A stretch of DNA of 64,000 bases from assembly GCF_964355755.1 (NCBI RefSeq), contig NW_027306095.1:186001-250000 (forward strand). The letters run 5' to 3'. Source of the stretch: Antedon mediterranea (lineage: Eukaryota; Animalia; Echinodermata). The notes beneath the pieces are model-generated. The model searched no databases, was not told the origin of the DNA, and saw nothing but the letters and a program-made list of their open reading frames with translations. Position numbers and translations under genes: made by a program. Shown here piece by piece: positions 37,070 to 48,079 of this stretch (positions are counted from its first letter, which is position 1; each line of letters starts with the position of its first letter).

Positions 37070-40000
37070 AGTTTCATCGAAATGTACAAAATTGTCAAAA
37101 ACGTCTCTAAATGCGATTTGAAGCTATTTTGTGCACTTTGTCGTTTTTGTGTGAAAAGTTTTTTCGAATTGCACAAAATGGTCTAAAACGTCTCCAATTG
37201 CGATTTGAAGTTATTTTGTGCACTTTGATGTTTTGTGTGAAAAGTTTTATCGAAATGCTCAAAATGGTCTAAAACGGTTTCAAATGTGATTTTAAGCACT
37301 TTGATATTTTTGTATAATCAAGTTAAATCGAAATAGACAATATGGTCTAAAACGTCTGCAAATGCGATTTAAAGCTATTTTGTGCACTTTAATGTTTTGT
37401 GTGAAAAGTTTTATCGAAATTCTCAAAATGGTCTAAAACGGTTTCAAATGTGATTTTAAGCACTTTGATGTTTTTGTGTAATCAAGTTTCATCGAAAAGC
37501 ACAAAATGGTTTAAAACGTCTGCAAACGCGATTTGAAGCTATTTTGTGCACTTTGATGTTTTTGTGTGAAAAGTTTCATCGAAATGCACAAAATTGTCTA
37601 AAACGTTTCCAAATACGATATATTGTATGCACTTTGATGTTTTTGAGTGAAAAGTTTTTTCGAAATGCACAAAATGGTCTAAAACGTCTCCAAATGCGAT
37701 TTGAAGCTATTTTGTGCACTTTGATGTTTTTTTCTGAAAAGTTTCATCGAAATGCACAAAATGGTCTAAAACGTCTCTAAATGCGATTTGAAGCTATTTT
37801 GTGCACTTTGATGTTTTTGTGTGAAAAGTTTCATCGAAATGCACAAAATGGTCTAAAACGTCTCTAAATGCGATTTGAAGTTATTTTGTGCACTTTGATG
37901 ATTTGTGTGAAAAGTTTTATCGAAATGCTCAAAATGGTCTAAAACGGTTTCAAATGTGATTTTAAGCACTTTGATATTTTTGTGTAATCAAGTTTCATCG
38001 AAATGCACAAAATGGTCTAAAACGTCTCCAAATGCGATTTGAAGCTATTTTGTGCACTTTAATGTTTTGTGTGAAAAGTTTTATCGAAATTCTCAAAATG
38101 GTCTAAAACGGTTTCAAATGTGATTTTAAGCACTTTGATGTTTTTGTGTAATCAAGTTTCATCGAAATGCACAAAATGGTTTAAAACGTCTGCAAATGCG
38201 ATTTGAAGCTATTTTGTGCACTTTGATGTTTTTGTGTGAAAAGTTTCATCGAAATGCACAAAATTGTCTAAAACGTTTCAAAATACGATATTAAGCTATT
38301 GTATGCACTTTGATGTTTTTGAGTGAAAAGTTTTTTCTAAATGCACAAAATGGTCTAAAACGTCTCCAAATGCGATTTGGAGCTCTTTTGTGCACTTTGA
38401 TGTTTTGTGTAAAAAGTTTGCTATTTTGTGCACTTTAATGTTTTGTGTGAAAAGTTTTATCGAAATGCTCAAAATTGTCTAAAACGGTTTCAAATGTGAT
38501 TTTAAGCACTTTGATATTTTTGTGTAATCAAGTTTTTTCGAAATGCACAACATGGTCTAAAACGTCTCCAAATGCGATTTGAAGCTATTTTGTGCACTTT
38601 GATGTTTTTGTGTGAAAAGTTTCATCGAAATGCACAAAATGGTCTAAAACGTCTCTAAATGCGATTTAAAGCTATTTTGTGCACTTTGTCGTTTTTGTGT
38701 GAAAAGTTTCATCGAAATGCTCAAAATGGTCTAAAACGTCTCCAAATGCGATTTGAAGCTATTTTGTGCACTTTGTCGTTTTTGTGTGAAAAGTTTCATC
38801 GAAATGCTCAAAATGGTCTAAAACGTCTCTAAATGCGATTTGAAGCTATTTTGTGCACTTTGATGTTTTTTTGTGAAAAGTTTCATCGAAATGCACAAAA
38901 TGGTCTAAAACGTCTCTAAATGCGATTTGAAGCTATTTTGTGCACTTTGATGTTTTTGTGTGAAAAGTTTCATCGAAATGCACAAAATGGTCTAAAACGT
39001 CTCTAAATGCGATTTGAAGCTATTTTGTGCACTTTGATGTTTTTTTGTGAAAAGTTTCTTCGAAATGCACAAAATGGTCTAAAACGTCTCTAAATGCGAT
39101 TTGAAGCTATTTTGTGCACTTTGTCGTTTTTGTGTGAAAAGTTTCATCGAAATGCTCAAAATGGTCTAAAACGTCTCCAAATGCGATTTGAAGCAATGTT
39201 GTGCACTTTGATGTTTTTGTGTGAAAAGTTTCATCGAAATGCACAAAATGGTCTAAAACGTCTGCAAATGCGATTTGAAGCTATTTTGTGCACTTTGATG
39301 TTTTGTGTAATCCAGTTTCATCGAAATGTACAAAATTGTCTAAAACGTCTCTAAATGCGATTTGAAGCTATTTTGTGCACTTTGTCGTTTTTGTGTGAAA
39401 AGTTTTTTCGAAATGCACAAAATGGTCTAAAACGTCTCTAAATGCGATTTGAAGCTATTTTGTGCACTTTGTCGTTTTTGTGTGAAAAGTTTCATCGAAA
39501 TGCTCAAAATGGTCTAAAACGTCTCCAAATGCGATTTGAAGCTATTTTGTGCACTTTGATGTTTTTGTGTGAAAAGTTTCATCGAAATGCACAAAATGGT
39601 CTAAAACGTCTCCAAATATGATATTAAGCTATTGTATGCACTTTGTTGTTTTTATCTGAAAAGTTTTCACGAAATGCACAAAATGATCTAAAACGTCTCT
39701 AAATGCGATTTGAAGTTATTTTGTGCACTTTAATGTTTTGTGTGAAAAGTTTTATTGAAAAGCACAAAATGGTCTAAAACGTCTCCAAATGCGATTTGAA
39801 GCTATTTTGTGCACTTTGATGTTTTGTGTGAAAAGTTTCACCAAAATGCAAAAAATGGTCTAAAACGTCTCCAAATCCGTTTTGAAGCTAATCTAAGCAC
39901 TTTGATGTTTTTATGTTAAACAGGTTTTTTCGAAATGCACAAAATGGTCTAAAACGTCTCCAAATACGATTTGAAGCTCTTTTGTGCACTTTGATGTTTT

Positions 40001-40620
40001 GTGTAATAAGTTTTATAGAAACGCACAAAATGGTCTAAAACGGTTTCAAATGTGATTTTAAGCACTTTGATATTTTTGTTTAACCAAGTTTCATCGAAAT
40101 GCACAAAATGGTCTAAAACGTCTCCAAATGCGATTTGAAGCTGTTTTTGTGTGAAAAGTTTTTTCGAAATACACAAAATGGTCTAAAACGTCTCCAAATG
40201 CGATTTGGAGCTCTTTTGTGCACTTTGATGTTTTGTGTCAAAAGTTTTATAGAAATGCTTGAAATGGTCTAAAACGGTATCAAATGTGATTTTAAGCACT
40301 TTCATGTTTTTGTGTAGCCAAGTTTCATCGAAATGCACAAAAAAATCTAAAACGTCTCCAAATGCGATTTAAAGCTATTTTGTGCACTTTAATATTTTGT
40401 GTGAAAAGTTTTATCGAAATTCTCAAAATGGTCTAAAACGGTTTCAAATGTGATTTTAAGCACTTTGATGTTTTTGTGTTATCAAGTTTCATCGAAATGC
40501 ACAAAATGGTTTAAAACGTCTGCAAATGCGATTTGAAGCTATTTTGTGCACTTTGATGTTTTGTGTAATCCAGTTTCATCGAAATGTACAAAATTGTCTA
40601 AAACGTCTCTAAATGCGATT
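37070..40620 (+). repeat. Copy 1 of segment duplicated at +11,012/+11,018 bp
   Basis: Rare variants TTGTCAAAAACG (~37092/~48104), TTCGAATTGCAC, GTTTCTTCG and the diverged island recur. ORFs pair as 39094/50112 and 39949/50967. A 6-bp deletion at ~37620 explains the offset change. Confidence 0.88.
39600..40400 (+). repeat. Island of diverged satellite monomers, copy 1
   Basis: About 10 monomers with many substitutions not seen in the main array (AAATCCGTTTTGAAGCTAATCTAAG, TTATGTTAAACAGG, GTAATAAGTTTTATAGAAACG, TAGCCAAG) and a 17-bp deletion at ~40142. Confidence 0.88.
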
Positions 40621-42733
40621 TGAAGCTATTTTGTGCACTTTGTCGTTTTTATGTGAAAAGTTTCATCGAAATGCTCAAAATGGTCTAAAACGTCTACAAA
40701 TGCGATTTGAAGCTATTTTGTGCACTTTGATGTTTTTGTGTGAAAAGTTTCATCGAAATGCACAAAATGGTCTAAAACGGTTTCAAATGTGATTTTAAGC
40801 ACTTTGATATTTTTGTGTAATCAAGTTTTTTCGAAATGCACAAAATGGTCTAAAACGTCTCCAATTGCGATTTGAAGTTATTTTGTGCACTTTGATGTTT
40901 TGTGTGAAAAGTTTTATCGAAATGCTCAAAATGGTCTAAAACGGTTTCAAATGTGATTTTAAGCACTTTGATATTTTTGTGTAATCAAGTTTCATCGAAA
41001 TGCACAAAATGGTCTAAAACGTCTGCAAATGCGATTTAAAGCTATTTTGTGCACTTTAATGTTTTGTGTGAAAAGTTTTATCGAAATTCTCAAAATGGTC
41101 TAAAACGGTTTCAAATGTGATTTTAAGCACTTTGATGTTTTTGTGTAATCAAGTTTCATCGAAATGCACAAAATGGTTTAAAACGTCTGCAAATGGGATT
41201 TGAAGCTATTTTGTGCACTTTGATGTTTTGTGTAATCCAGTTTCATCGAAATGTACAAAATTGTCTAAAACCTCTCAAAATGCGATTTGAAGCTATTTTG
41301 TGCACTTTGATGTTTTTGTGTGAAAAGTTTCATCGAAATGCACAAAATTGTCTAAAACGTCTCTAAATGCGATTTGAAGCTATTTTGTGCACTTGGTCGT
41401 TTTGGTGTGAAAAGTTTTTTCGAAATGCACAAAATGGTCTAAAACGTCTCCAAATGTGATTTGAAGCAATTTTGTGCACTTTGATGTTTTGTGTAATCCA
41501 GTTTCATCGAAATGTACAAAATTGTCTAAAACGTCTCTAAATGCGATTTGAAGCTATTTTGTGCACTTTGTCGTTTTTGTGTGAAAAGTTTTTTCGAAAT
41601 GCACAAAATGGTCTAAAACGTCTCCAATTGCGATTTGAAGTTATTTTGTGCACTTTGATGTTTTGTGTGAAAAGTTTTATCGAAATGCTCAAAATGGTCT
41701 AAAACGGTTTCAAATGTGATTTTAAGCACTTTGATATTTTTGTGTAATCAAGTTTCATCGAAATGCACAAAATGGTCTAAAACGTCTGCAAATGCGATTT
41801 AAAGCTATTTTGTGCACTTTAATGTTTTGTGTGAAAAGTTTTATCGAAATTCTCAAAATGGTCTAAAACGGTTTCAAATGTGATTTTAAGCACTTTGATG
41901 TTTTTGTGTAATCAAGTTTCATCGAAATGCACAAAATGGTTTAAAACGTCTGCAAATGCGATTTGAAGCTATTTTGTGCACTTTGATGTTTTTTTGTGAA
42001 AAGTTTCATCGAAATGCACAAAATTGTCTAAAACGTCTCCAAATACGATATTAAGCTATTGTATGCACTTTGATGTTTTTGAGTGAAAAGTTTTTTCGAA
42101 ATGCACAAAATGTTCTAAAACGTCTCCAAATGCGATTTGGAGCTCTTTTGTGCACTTTAATTTTTTTTGTGTAAAAAGTTTGCTATTTTGTGCACTTTTA
42201 ATGTTTTGTGTGAAAAATTTTATCGAAATGCTCAAAATTGTCTAAAACGGTTTCAAATGTGATTTTAAGCACTTTGATATTTTTGTGTAATCAAGTTTTT
42301 TCGAAATGCACAACATGGTCTAAAACGTCTCCAAATGCGATTTGAAGCTATTTTGTGCACTTTGAAGTTTTTGTGTGAAAAGTTTCATCGAAATGCACAA
42401 AATGGTCTAAAACGTCTCTAAATGCGATTTGAAGCTATTTTGTGCACTTTGATGTTTTTGTGTGAAAAGTTTCATTGAAATGCACAAAATGGTCTAAAAC
42501 GTCTCTAAATGCGATTTGAAGCTTTTTTGTGCACTTTGATGTTTTTGTGTGAAAAGTTTCATCGAAATGCACAAAATGGTCTAAAACGTCTCTAAATGCG
42601 ATTTGAAGCTATTTTGTGCACTTTGATGTTTTTTTTTGAAAAGTTTCATCGAAATGCACAAAATGGTCTAAAACGTCTCTAAATGCGATTTGAAGCTATT
42701 TTGTGCACTTTGTCGTTTTTGTGTGAAAAGTTT

Positions 42734-42753
42734 CATCGAAATGCATTTCGATG
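42734..42753. other. Convergent inversion junction 1: 20-bp perfect palindrome
   Basis: CATCGAAATG|CATTTCGATG. The array switches from forward to reverse at the TGCA centre (42743/42744). Confidence 0.97.
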
Positions 42754-44869
42754 TAACTTGATTACACAAAAATATCAAAGTGCTTAAAATCACATTTGAA
42801 ACCGTTTTAGACCATTTTGAGCATTTCGATAAAACTTTTCACACAAAACATTAAAGTGCACAAAATAACTTCAAATCGCAATTGGAGACGTTTTAGACCA
42901 TTTTGTGCATTTCGATGAAACTTTTCACACAAAAACGACAAAGTGCACAAAATAGCTTCAAATCGCATTTAGAGACGTTTTAGACAATTTTGTACATTTC
43001 GATGAAACTGGATTACACAAAACATCAAAGTGCACAAAATTGCTTCAAATCGCATTTGGAGACGTTTTAGACCATTTTGTGCATTTCGAAAAAACTTTTC
43101 ACACAAAAACGACAAAGTGCACAAAATAGCTTCAAATCGCATTTGCAGACGTTTTAGACCATTTTGTGCATTTCGATGAAACTTTTCACACAAAAAAATC
43201 AAAGTGCACAAAATTGCTTCAAATCGCATTTGGAGATGTTTTAGACCATTTTGGGAATTTCGATGAAACTTTTCACACAAAAACGACAAAGTGCACAAAA
43301 TAGCTTCAAATCGCATTTAGAGACGTTTTAGACAATTTTGTGCCTTTCGATGAAACTTTTCACAAAAAAACATCAAAGTGCACAAAATAGCTTCAAATCG
43401 CATTTGCAGACGTTTTAGACCATTTTGTGCATTTCGATGAAACTTTTCACACAAAAACATCAAAGTGCACAAAATTGCTTCAAATCGCATTTGGAGACGT
43501 TTTAGACCATTTTGAGCATTTCGATGAAACTTTTCACACAAAAACGACAAAGTGCACAAAATAGCTTCAAATCGCATTTAGAGACGTTTTAGACAATTTT
43601 GTACATTTCGATGAAACTGGATTACACAAAACATCAAAATGCACAAAATAGCTTCAAATCGCATTTGGAGACGTTTTAGACCATTTTGTGCATTTCGAAA
43701 AAACTTTTCACACAAAAACGACAAAGTGCACAAAATAACTTCAAATCGCATTTGCAGACGTTTTAGACCATTTTGTGCATTTCGATGAAACTTTTCACAC
43801 AAAAACATCAAAGTGCACAAAATTGCTTCAAATCGCATTTGGAGACGTTTTAGACCATTTTGAGCATTTCGATGAAACTTTTCACACAAAAACGACAAAG
43901 TGCACAAAATAGCTTCAAATCGCATTTAGAGACGTTTTAGACAATTTTGTACATTTCGATGAAACTTTTCACAAAAAAACATCAAAGTGCACAAAATAGC
44001 TTCAAATCGCATTTAGAGACGTTTTAGACAATTTTGTACATTTCGATGAAACTTTTCACAAAAAAACATCAAAGTGCACAAAATAGCTTCAAATCGTATT
44101 TGGAGACGTTTTAGACCATTTTGTGCATTTCGAAAAAACTTTTCACTCAAAAATATTAAAGTGCATACAATAGCTTAATATCGTATTTGGAGACGTTTTA
44201 GACCATTTTGAGCATTTCGATGAAACTTTTCACAAAAAAACATCAAAGTGCACAAAATAGCTTCAAATCGCATTTGCAGACGTTTTAGACCATTTTGTGC
44301 ATTTCGATGAAACTTGATTACACAAAAATATCAGAGTGCTTAAAATCACATTTGAAACCGTTTTAGACCATTTTGAGCATTTCGATAAAACTTTTCACAC
44401 AAAACATCAAAGTGCACAAAATAACTTCAAATCGCAATTGAAGACGTTTTAGACCATTTTGTGCATTTCGATGAAACTTTTCACAAAAAAACATCAAAGT
44501 GCACAAAATAGCTTCAAATCGCATTTAGAGACGTTTTAGACCATTTTGTGCATTTCGATGAAACTTTTCACACAAAAACATCAAAGTGCACAAAATAGCT
44601 TCAAATCGCATTTAGAGACGTTTTAGACCATTTTGAGCATTTCGATGAAACTTTTCACACAAAAACGACAAAGTGCACAAAATAGCTTCAAATCGCATTT
44701 AGAGATGTTTTAGACCATTTTGTGCATTTCGATGAAACTTTTCACACAAGAACATCAAAGTGCACAAAATAGCTTCAAATCGCATTTAGAGACGTTTTAG
44801 ACCATTTTGTGCATTTCGATGAAACTTTTCACACAAAAACATCAAAGTGCACAAAATAGCTTCAAATCG
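42744..44869 (-). repeat. 87-bp satellite, inverted block 1 (~2.1 kb, ~25 monomers)
   Basis: Sequence reads as the reverse complement of the monomer (CATCAAAGTGCACAAAATAGCTTCAAATCG). The repeat ORFs switch to the minus strand. Confidence 0.97.
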
Positions 44870-44880
44870 TCGTTTTTGTG
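44860..44880. other. Divergent return junction (reverse to forward)
   Basis: CTTCAAATCG (reverse monomer) joins GTCGTTTTTGTGTG (forward monomer) with a one-base G overlap at 44869. Confidence 0.93.
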
Positions 44881-45844
44881 TGAAAAGTTTCATCGAAATG
44901 CACAAAATGGTCTAAAACGTCTTCAATTGCGATTTGAAGTTATTTTGTGCACTTTGATGTTTTGTGTGAAAAGTTTTATCGAAATGCTCAAAATGGTCTA
45001 AAACGGTTTCAAATGTGATTTTAAGCACTTTGATATTTTTGTGTAATCAAGTTTCATCGAAATGCACAAAATGGTTTTAAACGTCTGCAAATGCGATTTA
45101 AAGCTATTTTGTGCACTTTAATGTTTTGTGTAAAAGTTTTATCGAAATTCTCAAAATGGTCTAAAACGGTTTCAAATGTGATTTGAAGCTATTTTGTGCA
45201 CTTTGTCGTTTTTGTGTGAAAAGTTTTTTCGAAATGCACAAAATGGTCTAAAACGTCTCCAAATGCGATTTGAAGCAATTTTGTGCACTTTGATGTTTTG
45301 TGTAATCCAGTTTCATCGAAATGCACAAAATGGTCTAAAACGTCTGCAAATGCGATTTAAAGCTATTTTGTGCACTTTAATGTTTTGTGTAAAAGTTTTA
45401 TCGAAATTCTCAAAATGGTCTAAAACGGTTTCAAATGTGATTTTAAGCACTTTGATGTTTTTGTGTAATCAAGTTTTTTCGAAATGCACAACATGGTCTA
45501 AAACGTCTCCAAATGCGATTTGAAGCTATTTTGTGCACTTTGATGTTTTTGTGTGAAAAGTTTCATCGAAATGCACAAAATGGTCTAAAACGTCTCTAAA
45601 TGCGATTTGAAGCTATTTTGTGCACTTTGATGTTTTTGTGTGAAAAGTTTCATCGAAATGCACAAAATGGTCTAAAACGTCTCTAAATGCGATTTGAAGC
45701 TATTTTGTGCACTTTGATGTTTTTTTGTGAAAAGTTTCATCGAAATGCACAAAATGGTCTAAAACGTCTCTAAATGCGATTTGAAGCTATTTTGTGCACT
45801 TTGTCGTTTTTGTGTGAAAAGTTTCATCGAAATGCTCAAAAGGT

Positions 45845-46765
45845 CTAAAACGTCTCCAAATGCGATTTGAAGCAATTTTGTGCACTTTGATGTTTTTGTG
45901 TGAAAAGTTTCATCGAAATGCACAAAATGGTCTAAAACGTCTGCAAATGCGATTTGAAGCTATTTTGTGCACTTTGATGTTTTTTTGTGAAAAGTTTCAT
46001 CGAAAGGCACAAAATTGTCTAAAACGTCTCTAAATGCGATTTGAAGCTATTTTGTGAACTTTGTCGTTTTTGTGTGAAAAGTTTCATCGAAATGCTCAAA
46101 ATGGTCTAAAACGTCTCCAAATGCGATTTGAAGCAATTTTGTGCACTTTGATGTTTTTGTGTGAAAAGTTTCATCGAAATGCACAAAATGGTCTAAAACG
46201 TCTGCAAATGCAATTTGAAGCTATTTTGTGCACTTTGTCGTTTTTGTGTGAAAAGTTTTTTCGAAATGCACAAAATGGTCTAAAACGTCTCCAAATGCGA
46301 TTTGAAGCAATTTTGTGCACTTTGATGTTTTTGTGTGAAAAGTTTCATCGAAATGCACAAAATGGTCTAAAACGTCTGCAAATGCGATTTGAAGCTATTT
46401 TGTGCACTTTGATGTTTTTTTGTGAAAAGTTTCATCGAAAGGCACAAAATTGTCTAAAACGTCTCTAAATGCGATTTGAAGCTATTTTGTGAACTTTGTC
46501 GTTTTTGTGTGAAAAGTTTCATCGAAATGCTCAAAATGGTCTAAAACGTCTCCAAATGCGATTTGAAGCAATTTTGTGCACTTTGATGTTTTTGTGTGAA
46601 AAGTTTCATCGAAATGCACAAAATGGTCTAAAACGTCTGCAAATGCAATTTGAAGCTATTTTGTGCACTTTGTCGTTTTTGTGTGAAAAGTTTTTTCGAA
46701 ATGCACAAAATGGTCTAAAACGTCTCCAAATGCGATTTGAAGCAATTTTGTGCACTTTGATGTTT
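45845..46765 (+). repeat. Tandem duplication of a 5-monomer unit (435 bp)
   Basis: ORF starts 46061/46496. Variants GAAAGGCAC, TGTGAACT and ATGCAATTTG each recur at +435 = 5 x 87. Confidence 0.88.
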
Positions 46766-48079
46766 TGTGTAATCCAGTTTCATCGAAATGTATAAAATTG
46801 TCTAAAACGTCTCTAAATGCGATTTGAAGCTATTTTGTGCACTTTGTCGTTTTTGTGTGAAAAGTTTCATCGAAATGCACAAAATGGTCTAAAACGTCTC
46901 CAATTGCGATTTGAAGTTATTTTGTGCACTTTGATGTTTTGTGTGAAAAGTTTTATCGAAATGCTCAAAATGGTCTAAAACGGTTTAAAATGTGATTTTA
47001 AGCACTTTGATATTTTTGTGTAATCAAGTTTCATCGAAATGCACAAAATGGTCTAAAACGTCTGCAAATGCGATTTAAAGCTATTTTGTGCACTTTAATG
47101 TTTTGTGTGAAAAGTTTTATCGAAATTCTCAAAATGGTCTAAAACGGTTTCAAATGTGATTTTAAGCACTTTGATGTTTTTGTGTAATCAAGTTTCATCG
47201 AAATGCACTAAATGGTTTAAAACGTCTGCAAATGCGATTTGAAGCTATTTTGTGCACTTTGATGTTTTTGTGTGAAAAGTTTCATCGAAATGCACAAAAT
47301 TGTCTAAAACGTCTCCAAATACGATATTAAGCTATTGTATGCACTTTGATGTTTTTGAGTGAAAAGTTTTTTCGAAATGAACAAAATGGTCTAAAACGTC
47401 TCCAAATGGAGCTCTTTTGTGCACTTTGATGTTTTGTGTAAAAAGTTTGCTATTTTGTGCACTTTAATGTTTTGTGTGAAAAGTTTTATCGAAATGCTCA
47501 AAATTGTCTAAAACGGTTTCAAATGTGATTTTAAGCACTTTGATATTTTTGTGTAATCAAGTTTTTTCGAAATGCACAACATGGTCTAAAACGTCTCCAA
47601 ATGCGATTTGAAGCTATTTTGTGCACTTTGATGTTTTTGTGTGAAAAGTTTCATCGAAATGCACAAAATGGTCTAAAACGTCTCTAAATGCGATTTGAAG
47701 CTATTTTGTGCACTTTGATGTTTTTGTGTGAAAAGTTTCATTGAAATGCACAAAATGGTCTAAAACGTCTCTAAATGCGATTTGAAGCTTTTTTGTGCAC
47801 TTTGATGTTTTTGTGTGAAAAGTTTCATCGAAATGCACAAAATGGTCTAAAACGTCTGCAAATGCGATTTGAAGCTATTTTGTGCACTTTGTCGTTTTTG
47901 TGTGAAAAGTTTTTTCGAAATGCACAGAATGGTCTAAAACGTCTCCAATTGCGATTTGAAGTTATTTTGTGCACTTTGATGTTTTGTGTGAAAAGTTTTA
48001 TCGAAATGCTCAAAATGGTCTAAAACGTTTCCAAATGCGATTTGAAGCAATTTGGTGCACTTTGATGTTTTTGTGTAAT

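Larger units (their letters stand above)
1..42743 (+). repeat. 87-bp satellite DNA array, forward-orientation block 1
   Basis: Uninterrupted head-to-tail monomers (GCAC at 1 and 88, continuing at 87-bp steps) with recurrent 76/88/89/38-bp variants. No unique sequence seen. The array continues beyond the left edge. Confidence 0.98.

Noticed and set aside
42744-44869. Transposon or invertible cassette bounded by the junctions
   Set aside because: The content is pure satellite, with no terminal repeats, target-site duplication or recombinase gene, and the junctions are non-reciprocal.
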